DNA of 64,000 bases from Polyangiaceae bacterium (GCA_044376115.1 JBILLK010000011.1:192001-256000); one strand, 5' to 3'. Positions 9,578-19,863 are shown, counted from the first letter of the stretch. Notes: generated from the sequence alone by a model not told the origin. Program-made: numbers and translations.

Positions 9578-10578
9578 CTGAAAACAGCCAGTCGCTGATT
9601 CCGAGTGCCCGCCCATCCTTGCTACTAGCAGCGTTCGCTGTGGGGGTCGTGTTCCTCTCCCGAGGGCTTGGTCCCGCTCTTCAAGGCGCAGTGGTTGGGC
9701 TCAGCGACGCGATCGACTTCCTCGCGATGGCGGGGGACGCTGCCTCGCAGCTGCTCTTCGTCTCGCTCATGGTCGTAGCGCTCGGTTTACTCTCGGCCTG
9801 GGCTCAACTGCGGGCGCCGTTCCTGCTGAAGTTGTATGTCGTAGCTCTCACCGTGCCGATCTGCTTCGTGGCGCTGGCTACGATGGCGGTGCCGCGGACC
9901 CATCCGGTGATGCACCTCCTTGTGTGTCTGCTATCGAGTCTCGCGGCAGTTGGGCTTGGTCTCGACGCCGCGATTCGTCGCAACCTTTATGCTGGTATCC
10001 CGATCCTGATCGGTCTGGCCGCGTTGCTCCGCGGTGTGAGCGCCTTTCTCTCGGAGTCTGCCATCGTGACCCACCACGATCTCGCGACGATGGCTGACCG
10101 TTATCAGCAAGCGAGGTTGGTCTCGACCGTGGCGCACGGTCTGCTCGGGGTGGCGTTGCTATTGGCCATTAGCTTGATGGTGCGGCAGTCGAAGCTGCGC
10201 GGCGGGATTGTCGTGCTGGCGCTCGTCGGCTTGGGCGCGACCAGCTTTGTGCTCGGGCAGATGCCGCCGGCTGAGCTCGACTCGGTGGGGAGCATCTTGC
10301 TCGTTCGGCTCGGCCTTCGACTCTCTTCGTTGCCGCCGCCTCTGTTGGCACCTGGGCTCGAGCACGTGCTCGCCTTGGCTCCACTTTGCGTGGCGGCGGG
10401 GCTCTTGATCAGCGCAGCAAAAGCAGAGCGTCGAACCATCGCCTCCTTGGCTTTGGTGGTGCTGGCCTCGGTCAACGCTGAAGTGCCGCTCCTCGGGCTT
10501 TGCCTGCTATGTGGCGGACTCGGCTACGCGCTCGAACGCCGAGACCCGCACGGAGTGTTCCGGACGGGCCAGGCTTAA
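9574..10578 (+). CDS. Hypothetical polytopic membrane protein
   Basis: Many hydrophobic helices; ATGA overlap with the upstream TonB-like gene. Confidence 0.7.
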   Translation: MTENSQSLIPSARPSLLLAAFAVGVVFLSRGLGPALQGAVVGLSDAIDFLAMAGDAASQLLFVSLMVVALGLLSAWAQLRAPFLLKLYVVALTVPICFVALATMAVPRTHPVMHLLVCLLSSLAAVGLGLDAAIRRNLYAGIPILIGLAALLRGVSAFLSESAIVTHHDLATMADRYQQARLVSTVAHGLLGVALLLAISLMVRQSKLRGGIVVLALVGLGATSFVLGQMPPAELDSVGSILLVRLGLRLSSLPPPLLAPGLEHVLALAPLCVAAGLLISAAKAERRTIASLALVVLASVNAEVPLLGLCLLCGGLGYALERRDPHGVFRTGQA

Positions 10579-10581
10579 CGG

Positions 10582-12111
10582 CTATTGCGCTGCGACGATC
10601 TTCGTCCGCGGCCCGCCTAGCTCGATCGCCTTCTCGATCAAGCGGATGAACTCGCTTTCATCCTCATTGTCGCTCACGGCTGCCTTCGCCAGGGCGAGCG
10701 TCTGGTCGAGCCCACTTGCATAGGGGCTTTGGCGTAGAGACTCGGCGAACCCTGCGATGGCTACCGCGAGTTGGTAGTTACGAGGTGCTGCCTCGAACGT
10801 TGCGAATAGCGAACTGGCAGGCATGTCGAACGACAGCTCCTCCGCCTGACTGCCACCCTCGGGCATGAAGCGCACTTTCACTGTGGCCAAGCTGCTTGGG
10901 CTCTTTCCCTTCGCTTGCTCGCTGAGCTCCAAGTCATAGAGGGCGGTGACGGTGTGCCCTGCGCCAACCTCTCCACCGTCCACCTTGTCGTTGCGGAAGT
11001 CTTTGTCAGCTACATCCCGATTCTCATAGCCGACTAGGCGGTAGCGCTTGACCAATGCCGGGTCGAAGCTGACCTGCAGTTTGACGTCCCTGGCCACAAC
11101 CTGAAGGTTTGCATCGAGCTGACGACCGAACACTTTGCGGGCTTCATCCGCTGAGTCGATATAGCTATAGTTGCCGTCGCCTTTGTCAGCGAGTTGCTCC
11201 ATCATCGTATCTTTGTAGTTGCCATTGCCCACGCCAACGGTGCTCAAGGTGATGCCCTGCGCTTTGTATTGCGCGATCTGGCTAAGGATCGCTTCATGTC
11301 CACTCGGCCCGATGTTGGCATCTCCGTCGGATAGAACGATTACGCGGTTGATCTCCCCTGGCTTCAGCGTTCGCTTGGCGAGGGCGTACGCTGTATCGAT
11401 GCCGCTCGACATCGCTGTTCCGCCGCCAGCCGTGAGGCTGTCAATGGCAGCGAGGATCTTGGCGCGAGACTCCATGCCGGTCGGCTGCAACAGCTCCTGC
11501 GTGCTCCCCGCGTAAGTGCAGAGCGCAACCGTGTCACCAGGCTTCAAATTCTGCGTCAGCGTGCGCAAGGTCGTTTGAACCATTCCGAGCTTGTCAGGGG
11601 ATTGCATCGACCCGCTGGTATCCACGAGAAAGACCAAGTGTGCTGGCGGGCGGTTCTGCGACTGGTTCTTCTTGCTCGCGAGACCGATGCGCAAAAGGTG
11701 ATTGCCTCGAAGGGCGGGGGAGGGCGCTGCGGCAAAGTTCACAGCAAAGGCTTTGTCCGCTGGCGCCTCATAGCCGTAGTTGAACGCGTTGACGAACTCC
11801 TCCACCCGCACCGCCTCCTTGGGAGGTAAGGCGTTCTCTCCGAGCTTGCGACGAACGATCGCGTAGGACGCCGTATCGACGTCGATGCCAAAGGTGGATA
11901 GCTGATCTTCCGCTGTGTTGACGTACGGGTTTACTCCGTAGTCCGCATAAGCCTCAGCGCTCGGTTTCTCTTCTTGCGCTCGCTCCAAGTAAAGCGGCGT
12001 GGACATTGACATGGGCGCTGCATACGAAGGGTAGTTCGACGCAGAGGGGCTTGCGCTGCAGCCGGCGGTTGCAAGGAGGAGGGCGAAACTGAGGCGGCTC
12101 TTGTGGTTCAC
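10582..12111 (-). CDS. VWA domain lipoprotein (YfbK-like)
   Basis: Lipobox AGC; STFGIDVDTASY, VRVEEFVNAF, MIDAS DTSGS, LSDGDAN, YRLVGYENR, GHTVTALY. Confidence 0.9.
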   Translation of the reverse strand: MNHKSRLSFALLLATAGCSASPSASNYPSYAAPMSMSTPLYLERAQEEKPSAEAYADYGVNPYVNTAEDQLSTFGIDVDTASYAIVRRKLGENALPPKEAVRVEEFVNAFNYGYEAPADKAFAVNFAAAPSPALRGNHLLRIGLASKKNQSQNRPPAHLVFLVDTSGSMQSPDKLGMVQTTLRTLTQNLKPGDTVALCTYAGSTQELLQPTGMESRAKILAAIDSLTAGGGTAMSSGIDTAYALAKRTLKPGEINRVIVLSDGDANIGPSGHEAILSQIAQYKAQGITLSTVGVGNGNYKDTMMEQLADKGDGNYSYIDSADEARKVFGRQLDANLQVVARDVKLQVSFDPALVKRYRLVGYENRDVADKDFRNDKVDGGEVGAGHTVTALYDLELSEQAKGKSPSSLATVKVRFMPEGGSQAEELSFDMPASSLFATFEAAPRNYQLAVAIAGFAESLRQSPYASGLDQTLALAKAAVSDNEDESEFIRLIEKAIELGGPRTKIVAAQ

Positions 12112-12151
12112 CTTGATCAGAACGTGGCCACGAGCTTGGCCTTACACCGCT

Positions 12152-12868
12152 TTAATCGAGCCCACGTTTTCCGGGGGCCCAGTACGCTTTGCTCTTTTGG
12201 CCGACCAGCAAGAGGCCCCTTTGTTTGAGCCCGTGGCGCAGCCGTTGGATTGCGACAGACCGCCCTGTCAGGACCAGTTGGTGGCTACGATCTCTCGCAA
12301 GGGCTTCTGCAACCACCTCCTCGATAGCGCTGAGGTGCGCATCATCGGCAGTTCGCGGAAACAGGCGAGCGCCGTCAACGTCGAGATTGGAGAGGGCGCA
12401 TTCGGCGTCTCCAGGGTTTTGGCACTCGAACAGTAGGTGCACCTGCGCTGCGGAACGCTGTTCGCGCAGCACCCGTCCGAGCGCGAAGGAGGTCTCGTCT
12501 CCGACCACGATGCTCGGGGCGCCCTGAACGTTGAATTCGAGAGAGCCTCTCGGGCCAAAGAGGAGGGCCTTGTCTCCAGCCTTTACTGTCTTTCCCCATT
12601 CTGCGCCGGGCGAGCTGCCGTGCACGTACACAAGCAGGCTGAGCATGCCTCGCGCTGCATCAAACGAGAATGGCGTATAGGTCCGCGTCCCCGTCTCCAA
12701 GAAGACCTGCACCTTATCTCCAGCTTGGAACGAAGCTCCCACAAGCCGCTCGCCCGCTAACTCGATGCGACGGAAGCGCGGCGCAACCTCGCGTGCGCTC
12801 TCGACCCGAACTGGGCGGAAGAGAACCTTGCCCAAGGTGTCCGCAAAGAGCTTCTTTACCGCCGACAT
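12152..12868 (-). CDS. Siderophore-interacting / FAD-binding protein
   Basis: RTYTP, HG.SPGAEW, GPRG, GDETS, YWAPGKRGLD motifs. Confidence 0.85.
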   Translation of the reverse strand: MSAVKKLFADTLGKVLFRPVRVESAREVAPRFRRIELAGERLVGASFQAGDKVQVFLETGTRTYTPFSFDAARGMLSLLVYVHGSSPGAEWGKTVKAGDKALLFGPRGSLEFNVQGAPSIVVGDETSFALGRVLREQRSAAQVHLLFECQNPGDAECALSNLDVDGARLFPRTADDAHLSAIEEVVAEALARDRSHQLVLTGRSVAIQRLRHGLKQRGLLLVGQKSKAYWAPGKRGLD

Positions 12869-12927
12869 GGGGCAGATCTAGCTGCGCCGGTGATTGCGCA
12901 GCCTGAAGCTTCATTAAGAAGTGCCCC

Positions 12928-13893
12928 TCACTCTCGGGGCGTGGGGCCGCACCAGGCTTTGGCCGCTTCGAGCGACATCCTCGCCGAGCCTTCCTCTGGC
13001 TGCGTCCCGGGCTGCTGCTCGAAGCGGAATCGGACCTGTCGCGTCTTGTCTAGGAAGACGAGGTCGTCTCGGATCAAGGTGCCATCGAGGCAAGCGATGC
13101 GCTTGGGTTTAAGATAGATAGGTAAGTTGGCCGACTTTGGGGCGGGTGGCGCTTTGCCTATGCCACATTCGAGCGCAAGAAATCGGGCTCGGTTGTCATC
13201 CTCGAGGCCCACTGGGCCAACTCTGCCGCTGGGCCCAGTCCTTCTTTCATCGGGCTTCGGTTCGGCTGCGTCGAGCAGCGTCCAAAGATCGACAGCGCCA
13301 AGCGGATCGACATCAAAGTAGCTATGCTCGAACACCAACACGCGCCCGACGTGCTCCTTGTTGCGGCACTTGCGGATCACCTCAAATGCGAGCGCGTCGT
13401 GAAAGAAGAACAGCTTGCCGGTGGTTCGCTCGACGTAGAAGAGCGCGCTGGACGTCGCCCAGCCGCTCTTGGTGAAGTAAATACGTTGTTCGTCCGGAGA
13501 GAAGGTTACCGAGCCAATGCCAGTGTTCTCGAGCTCGGGCAGGTTGGCCGCTGTGTTCACCGGCTTGAGCACCCCAGACCCAAGCAGCTGTTGCTCCGCG
13601 CCGTCCTTCGGCTGAAGCCAAAGCTCGGTGCCCTTCTTGATTATGGCTTTGAATGCTCCGCTGGGGCTAACCACCGTCACGTCGGGCGGCGGTGGAGAGG
13701 GAGGGCCGGGCGGGCTCGCGCTTGGTTCTTGTTGCGCTTGTGCCGACGGGGAGGGGGATGCGCTCGCGCTTGCTTCGACCCGAGGCGACGATGGCGCTGG
13801 GGCAGGCGCCTGCTTGGCCTGCTTGGGTGCTATTTCGGCGGTGCAGGCTGTCAGCACCAGCAGCGCGAGAAATCTGGTTCGAAGCGCGCTCAC
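12928..13893 (-). CDS. Hypothetical lipoprotein
   Basis: GTG start overlapping upstream stop; LLVLTAC lipobox; Pro/Ser linker; FSPDEQRIYF propeller-like strand. Confidence 0.65.
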   Translation of the reverse strand: MSALRTRFLALLVLTACTAEIAPKQAKQAPAPAPSSPRVEASASASPSPSAQAQQEPSASPPGPPSPPPPDVTVVSPSGAFKAIIKKGTELWLQPKDGAEQQLLGSGVLKPVNTAANLPELENTGIGSVTFSPDEQRIYFTKSGWATSSALFYVERTTGKLFFFHDALAFEVIRKCRNKEHVGRVLVFEHSYFDVDPLGAVDLWTLLDAAEPKPDERRTGPSGRVGPVGLEDDNRARFLALECGIGKAPPAPKSANLPIYLKPKRIACLDGTLIRDDLVFLDKTRQVRFRFEQQPGTQPEEGSARMSLEAAKAWCGPTPRE

Positions 13894-14561
13894 GTTGCTT
13901 GTCCTTGCTCGAGCGCGGCCAGCTCGAACAAGCGCGCGGCCTCGTGTACGAAGCTGCCCTTCCCCTCGGTAAATGCAAGCTGAACCATTGCCTGCGCCAC
14001 CGTCTTTGCGTGGATAGGACGATAGGCGCGCAGTCCAGGCAGGTAGTCGAGCACATGCATCACTGCCAAACCGAGCCTCTCCGCTGGCCTGGACTCCTTG
14101 CGGTCTCCATCGAGGATGCTCGGACGGAGGACATGACAACGCTCAAAGCCAAGCTCACTCACCGCTTGGTCCAGCTGCCCCTTCATGCGGTTATAAAACA
14201 GGCTGGAGCTCGCGTTCGCTCCAGTCGACGAGACCAATACATAACAAGCCACACCGTTCTTGGCTGCCGCTCGAGCCGTTTCGTATTGGTACGTATAATC
14301 GACCTCCCGTTGCGCCTCCTGGCTGCCGGCTTTTTTAAGGGTGGTTCCCAGGGTCGAGAACATGACATCCCCAACGACGTCGTTGGCGAAGCTCTCGGGC
14401 TTTCGAAAGTCGATGACGTGCTCTCGTAGCTTGGGGTGGCTGCGTCCGCTGCCGCGGCGAACCAAAGAGCGCACTTCCGCAAACCGAGCGTCTTCAAGCA
14501 ATAGCTCGAGCAGCGCCCCGCCTACGAGACCTGTAGCCCCAATCATCACGGCGGACTTCAT
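13890..14561 (-). CDS. NAD(P)H-binding oxidoreductase (TIP30/CC3/YraR-like)
   Basis: GATGLVG, LGTTLKKAGS, VSSTGA, FYNRMKG, RPSILDG. Confidence 0.88.
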   Translation of the reverse strand: MKSAVMIGATGLVGGALLELLLEDARFAEVRSLVRRGSGRSHPKLREHVIDFRKPESFANDVVGDVMFSTLGTTLKKAGSQEAQREVDYTYQYETARAAAKNGVACYVLVSSTGANASSSLFYNRMKGQLDQAVSELGFERCHVLRPSILDGDRKESRPAERLGLAVMHVLDYLPGLRAYRPIHAKTVAQAMVQLAFTEGKGSFVHEAARLFELAALEQGQAT

Positions 14562-14605
14562 GGATCGAGTCTGCCCCGTCTGTGCGCCCCCGTGAAGCGG
14601 CGTGC

Positions 14606-15433
14606 CTACTTGGACGACACCGCGATGGGTGCAACGCAGCGTAGCCCGACGTTGGGAGTGCGCGCGTCGGCTGGCACTGTGGCGCGTGCGTCGGTGCGGA
14701 CGCCTTCCAGGTCGGTTTGGGTGAAGCTACCACCGCGAACGATGTTGCCGCCGAACTCGGCCGGGGTGGACGTCCACTCCGCGACGTTGCCTGCAAGATC
14801 GAGCAGCCCCTCGCGCGAGGCCCCAAGCCCGAACTGACCGACCTCGGCTGTTCCGGGAAAGCCATCCTGTTCTTCGTATGCTGCGGTTTGGCGTACGCCG
14901 CCTTGCGAAAAGGCAGAGCTGCATTCCGCCCCGCATAGGTTGGCCCGCTTCGTTGAAGGAGCATCGGTGCCCCACGGGTAGACGCGCGCCTCTTCACCCC
15001 CGCGCGCGGCCCACTCCCACTCCGGCTCGCTGGGTAGCCTGGCCTCGCGGAAACGACAGTACGATTCTGCCTGCAGCAGGCTGATGCAATTGATCGGGTG
15101 CGCTTGTCGACCGGTGCGCTGGGTGTTGCAATAGCTCGATAGATGCGCGCTCTCGCGCAGTTGCAAGCCCTCCAGCGCCACCTCGGTGGCAGCGCGAGCG
15201 CAGCTCTCCGCAGCCACGCATTCGTTGAACTGCTCGACGGTCACCTCGGTCCTGTCGACGCACAGGCTCTCGATGCGCTTGCCATTCAGCTCGCCGCCCT
15301 GAACGAGGGCAGCACCGTCTTGGCAGGGCAGCTTTGGTTTGGCTGGCTCTTGAACTGGCGCTATCGCCTCCAGCACCCGCGAAGGTTTGGAGCCACAGGC
15401 CAGTAGCGCGATACCGCAGAAAGCGTAATGCAT
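14606..15433 (-). CDS. SUMF1/FGE-sulfatase domain lipoprotein
   Basis: DRTEVT, RLPSEPEWEWAARGG, YPWG, DLAGNVAEW, RGGS, GLRC. Confidence 0.9.
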   Translation of the reverse strand: MHYAFCGIALLACGSKPSRVLEAIAPVQEPAKPKLPCQDGAALVQGGELNGKRIESLCVDRTEVTVEQFNECVAAESCARAATEVALEGLQLRESAHLSSYCNTQRTGRQAHPINCISLLQAESYCRFREARLPSEPEWEWAARGGEEARVYPWGTDAPSTKRANLCGAECSSAFSQGGVRQTAAYEEQDGFPGTAEVGQFGLGASREGLLDLAGNVAEWTSTPAEFGGNIVRGGSFTQTDLEGVRTDARATVPADARTPNVGLRCVAPIAVSSK

Positions 15434-15645
15434 TAGGCGCGGCGCGCTTCTGCGAGAGCGGTTAGCTTGAATCCCGACCATAGCGTAAGCCTTCCTGGCG
15501 AACCGCCTCGCTATACGTCAATTTGATGCGGCCTCCAATTGGTCCTTGAGCGCCGGTGTTCAAGCTCTGTCCCCAAGCTCGCTCACCGCCGTCCCTTTCG
15601 ACGATTTACGGGGTTTGGCAGCTCGAGCGAGTAGACTCTGCCTTA

Positions 15646-16539
15646 ATGGAACCGAAAGTGTTGTGGAAGAGTGTGGGTTTGCTTGGGGCAGGCGCACTCG
15701 TATTGACGACCCTTGCCTTCAGCTCCTGCACCACGGTGGATGCAGGTCATGTGGGGATCGTCAAAGTGTTCGGCGCGGTGAAGGCTGAGACGTTGGCCGA
15801 GGGCATCCACTGGAAGAAACCCTGGGAGTCGGTGGTGGAGTTCGAGGTGAGGCTCCGCTCGCTCAACAACAAGGCCGCTGCGGCTTCCAAAGACCTTCAG
15901 ACGGTCACTACCGAAATAACAATTCAATATTCGCCCAACGCTGCAATGGTCTCCGACATCTACCGCTCGATCGGCGATATCGCGCGGCTGGAGCCGGTGA
16001 TTGTGGCTCCGGCGGTGCAGGAGTCTCTCAAGAGCGTTACCGCGCAGTTTACTGCAGAGGAGTTGATTACTCAGCGCCAGCGAGTCAAAGGCGAGGTGGA
16101 GGCGGCCATCAAAACCTTCATTGACGCGACCTTGCACGAAAAAGGGCTCTCTGGCGCTATCGATGTAGCCAACATTGCTATCACCGATTTCAAATTTAGT
16201 GAGGAGTTCAACAAGGCGATCGAGGCGAAGGTAAAGGCCGAGCAGGAGGCTCTGAAAGCCATCAATGAAAAGACGAGGCGGATCACCGACGCAGAGGCGA
16301 CCACCGCCGAACAGAAGCTTGCCGCAGACGCCAAGGCCTATGCGACCGACGTCGAGTCGAAGGCGCGCGCTTCGGCGATTCAGCGCGAGGCGGACGCGTT
16401 GAAGGCCAGCCCCGAGGTGATTCAGCTGCGAGCCATTGAGCGCTGGAACGGAGCTCTGCCAACCTACTTGGGCGCCGGCCAGCCAACGCCTTTCATCGAC
16501 GTATCTCCGGAGAAGCTGACGCCGGCTGCCAAGAAGTAA
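15646..16539 (+). CDS. Prohibitin/SPFH family protein
   Basis: VDAGHVGIV, SKDLQTV, FTAEELITQR, FSEEFNKAIEAK, IERWNG. Confidence 0.92.
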   Translation: MEPKVLWKSVGLLGAGALVLTTLAFSSCTTVDAGHVGIVKVFGAVKAETLAEGIHWKKPWESVVEFEVRLRSLNNKAAAASKDLQTVTTEITIQYSPNAAMVSDIYRSIGDIARLEPVIVAPAVQESLKSVTAQFTAEELITQRQRVKGEVEAAIKTFIDATLHEKGLSGAIDVANIAITDFKFSEEFNKAIEAKVKAEQEALKAINEKTRRITDAEATTAEQKLAADAKAYATDVESKARASAIQREADALKASPEVIQLRAIERWNGALPTYLGAGQPTPFIDVSPEKLTPAAKK

Positions 16540-16637
16540 CGGTCCTGCACCTGATCGCAGGCGGCCAAGCTGGCAGAGCCAATTGCCAGCAAGGCACCCT
16601 GCGCAGACCCTAAGGTCTTTTAGCTACAGGAAAAATT

Positions 16638-16714
16638 TGGTCGGGGAGATGGGATTTGAACCCACGACAACGAGCACCCAAAGCTCGTGCACTACCGGAC
16701 TGTGCGACTCCCCG
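16638..16714 (-). tRNA. tRNA-Pro(TGG)
   Basis: Reverse complement folds into a 77-nt cloverleaf: acceptor CGGGGAG/CTCCCCG, anticodon arm CGAGC-TTTGGGT-GCTCG, T-loop TTCAAAT, encoded CCA. Confidence 0.97.
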
Positions 16715-16890
16715 GTGCGTAAAGCGGAGCGGACCTTACCACCGTCCGGGCCGCTGTGCGAGTCCTACTAACGCGCTTCGGTGCAATGGGACGGCAAGCT
16801 TCGCTCGGTGCTGACAGCGAACTCGAAATGACGCGAGGGATTCTGTCTGGGACCGGCCGCCTCGAGCTGAATTGGTGGCATGCTCGGGCC

Positions 16891-17952
16891 ATGCAGCTGA
16901 CGGCGATCGCAGCGGAACTGGCGGACGAGAACCGCAGGCAGTGGGCTTGGAATCGCGTGCGGCCGTTGCACGCGACGCACGCGCGGGATGCTCGGGGAAT
17001 CGAGGAGCTCGTGCCGTGTGGTTGCCTAGCCGAGCTCGTCGCAAGCTACCGAACAGGGGCCGAGTCATTCCCGATGCAGCCACTCGGCGACGATGAGGGA
17101 CCGAGCGTTCCCACGTTTTCGGAGCCAGTCACCGATGCGCACGTTCACGTCTTTCCCGACCCGGTTTTTGCGGCGTTGTGGCGCTGGTTTGAGGCCTACG
17201 GCTGGCCGATTCGCTACCAACTGCGCACTCCCGAGTTGCTTGCCTTTCTGTTTTCACGAGGCGTCGAGCGCGCGGTCGCGCTGCACTACGCGCACAAGCC
17301 GTCCATGTCGCGCGGCCTCAACGAGTACATGGCCGCAGTGGTCGCGCGTGACCCGCGCGTGATTGGCCTTGGCACCGTGCTACCCGGTGAGCCCAACGCC
17401 GCCGAGATTGTCACGGGGATGCGGCAGCGGGGCTTGCGCGGCGTTAAGCTTCACTGTCACGTGCAAGCGTTTGCGCCCGATTCTGCAGCGGCGTTCGAGG
17501 TGTTTGCCGCTTGCGAGAGTGCCCAGCTGCCAGTGGTGCTGCATGCGGGACGCGCGCCTCGAAGTCCGGCCTATCCAGTCGATTCACACAGTCTATGCGC
17601 CGCCTGGAGGGTGGAGCGCGTGCTCACCGCCTTCCCAAAGCTCAAGCTTTGTGTTCCACACTTCGGCGCGGACGAGGCTCTCGCTTACGTCGAACTGCTC
17701 GAGCGTCACGACCACCTCTACCTCGACTCGACGATGATGCTCTCGGGCTTCTTCGGAGGCGAATACCTGCAGGTGCTCAACCGAGCTCGGCCGGAGCGCG
17801 TGATGTACGGCAGTGATTTTCCAAACCTGCCGTACGCCTGGGATCGTGAACTCCGTGCCATCGCGGCGGCAGAGCTGAGTGCGGAGCGGAAGGCGCAACT
17901 CACGACGAAGGTTGCTAACGAATTTTTCGGGCTCGAAGGTTTGCCCGGCTAG
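16891..17952 (+). CDS. Amidohydrolase family protein (Amidohydro_2)
   Basis: DAHVH, GVKLH, VVLHAG, VPHFG, YGSDFP; start uncertain. Confidence 0.88.
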   Translation: MQLTAIAAELADENRRQWAWNRVRPLHATHARDARGIEELVPCGCLAELVASYRTGAESFPMQPLGDDEGPSVPTFSEPVTDAHVHVFPDPVFAALWRWFEAYGWPIRYQLRTPELLAFLFSRGVERAVALHYAHKPSMSRGLNEYMAAVVARDPRVIGLGTVLPGEPNAAEIVTGMRQRGLRGVKLHCHVQAFAPDSAAAFEVFAACESAQLPVVLHAGRAPRSPAYPVDSHSLCAAWRVERVLTAFPKLKLCVPHFGADEALAYVELLERHDHLYLDSTMMLSGFFGGEYLQVLNRARPERVMYGSDFPNLPYAWDRELRAIAAAELSAERKAQLTTKVANEFFGLEGLPG

Positions 17953-17958
17953 CGGATG

Positions 17959-18420
17959 CTAGGGCGTGCGCAAGGCAGCGCCTTCATCTTCGTGGATGGG
18001 GCGCTCGCGCGAGGGAGACCTATCTCGGCGAGAGTAGGGGCGCTCGTGCGGGCTGCCGTCGAGATCATCGAGCGCCTTGTAGAGCTCATTGACGATGCGT
18101 GGCTTGAGCCAGCCGTCGCTCCCTTGCTCGTACTCGGATGCACCCTCGGTCAACAGCTGCTTCGCGTCCTTGCGATTGCCAAGCTGGTATTGCGTGAGTC
18201 CGCAGTAAACGAGGTAGCGCACGTGCGCCTTGTCGCTCAGCTCCTCGTGAACTTGATCGAGCTCGCCACAGTGACGCTCCGCCGCGTTGTAGTGACCAAC
18301 CTCGTAGCGAGTGATCCCTCCGCGAAGCTCACGCCCCGCAACACCGCAACCCATCGCCACACAGCAGGTCACTGCGAGCACGAGACCGTTGATTCCAGCG
18401 CGCAACATCGAGGGCTTCAC
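17959..18420 (-). CDS. Hypothetical lipoprotein (short TPR-like helices)
   Basis: Signal peptide with MGC; RYLVYCGLTQYQLG TPR-like pattern. Confidence 0.6.
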   Translation of the reverse strand: MKPSMLRAGINGLVLAVTCCVAMGCGVAGRELRGGITRYEVGHYNAAERHCGELDQVHEELSDKAHVRYLVYCGLTQYQLGNRKDAKQLLTEGASEYEQGSDGWLKPRIVNELYKALDDLDGSPHERPYSRRDRSPSRERPIHEDEGAALRTP

Positions 18421-18538
18421 TTAACTCCTATTTTCGGAGGCTCAGCGCGTTTGCGCAAGGCTGCTTTCGATTGTCCTCACACGAAACCAACGTCACGTTG
18501 CGCGCACACTGGAGACTGGATCGACGCGGAGGCCGAGT

Positions 18539-19759
18539 TTGACTACACGCACTCCTGTGTCGCGACCTGATGCAGCCACGCCTCCTCCGTTCTCCTTCGT
18601 GCGGGAAGAGCTGCGCCGAGTTTGGAGCGACGTGCGAGGTGGAAACCTCTCCCCGGCCCGTATCGCAGCCTCTGTAGTGCTAGGCACCTTCATCGGTTGT
18701 CTTCCCATCTTTGGGCTGCATTTGCCGGTCGTATTGCTGCTTTGTCTGCGTCTCAGGCTGGACGGAGCGCTCGCCTATCTCGCTGCCAACATCTCCAATC
18801 CGTTCATGGCACCGCTGCTGATCACCGGGCAGGTTCAGCTCGGCGCGTACTTGATCGAAGGGCGTGTTCCCGCTGTGTCGGAGCTGGGCACCGTGGATGC
18901 TCTCACCCGCTTTCCCCTCTATTTAATCGTTGGAGCTCCCATCGTCGGGCTGGGTTTGGGTTTGGGCTTGGGTCTCGTTGCGTACGTTCTTACGCGCCTG
19001 AAGCGGTCGGTGTTGGGGGAGACCAAGCGTGAACCATACAAGCTGCCGGCCAACGCTCCTCCGTGGGTTGCCGCCGTCGAGCGGGTTGCGGCGCGCTATT
19101 CGGGCGATGAGTCGGCGAGCGCCAAAGCCCAATTCAACTACGTCCGCATCAAGCTGCTCACCGATCCGATCGCCAAGCTGATCGCCGATATCGCAGGGGA
19201 TGCGCAAGGTGCGCTCGGGCGCGTGTTTGACGTGGGCACTGGGCGCGGGCAGCTACCGATCCTGCTACTCGAACTCGAGCGGGCAACCGCGGCGGCCGGG
19301 TGCGATTGGGACCGGGCAAAGATTCAGCGCGGAGTCGCTGCTGCTGCGCTGGCGCCAGCGCTCGAGGTTTCACTCTCTGCCGGGGATGCGCGCACGACGC
19401 CGATCGAGGCGTCTGACACGGTGCTGCTCGTCGACTTACTTCACTACTTCACGGTTGAGGAGCAAGACGCACTGTTGCGACGTGCTGCTCAGGCGGTATT
19501 GCCGGGGGGGCGGCTGATTGTGCGTGAGGCCGACACCGAGCGTGGTTGGCGTAGCCGGGTGACGCTGCTCGAAGAGCGGATCTTTACGTTCTTGCGCTTC
19601 AATCGCGGAGAACGGGTGAAGTTTCGCGCAGCGCGCGAACTCAGCGCCCTACTCGAGTCCGAGGGGCTCAGCGTGGAGGTGCGCCCGGCCTGGGGGAAGA
19701 CGCCCTTCTCCAACGTGTTGATCCTTGGGCAGCGGGCGTGCAGCGAGTCTGTCGTCTAG
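18539..19759 (+). CDS. DUF2062 domain / class I SAM methyltransferase fusion
   Basis: AASVVLGTFIGCLPIFGLH and ANISNP (DUF2062-like); DVGTGRG, DLLHY, LPGGRLIVRE (methyltransferase). Confidence 0.85.
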   Translation: MTTRTPVSRPDAATPPPFSFVREELRRVWSDVRGGNLSPARIAASVVLGTFIGCLPIFGLHLPVVLLLCLRLRLDGALAYLAANISNPFMAPLLITGQVQLGAYLIEGRVPAVSELGTVDALTRFPLYLIVGAPIVGLGLGLGLGLVAYVLTRLKRSVLGETKREPYKLPANAPPWVAAVERVAARYSGDESASAKAQFNYVRIKLLTDPIAKLIADIAGDAQGALGRVFDVGTGRGQLPILLLELERATAAAGCDWDRAKIQRGVAAAALAPALEVSLSAGDARTTPIEASDTVLLVDLLHYFTVEEQDALLRRAAQAVLPGGRLIVREADTERGWRSRVTLLEERIFTFLRFNRGERVKFRAARELSALLESEGLSVEVRPAWGKTPFSNVLILGQRACSESVV

Positions 19760-19850
19760 TCGAGCGACGGCCGCGACCTTCGTTGCGAGCGAGCGAAACC
19801 TCAAACCTGCTCCAAGCACTTGACCGCATACTGCATGTGTAGCTAGATAC

Positions 19851-19863
19851 CTTGCAGTGCAAG
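19851..19863. promoter_or_regulatory. Putative PadR autoregulatory operator
   Basis: Perfect inverted repeat CTTGCA-G-TGCAAG over the GTG start of the PadR gene. Confidence 0.5.

Noticed and set aside
10582..16714. Genomic island integrated at the tRNA-Pro 3' end
   Set aside because: No integrase, and I found no duplicate of the tRNA 3' end by eye; neighbouring genes are ordinary accessory genes
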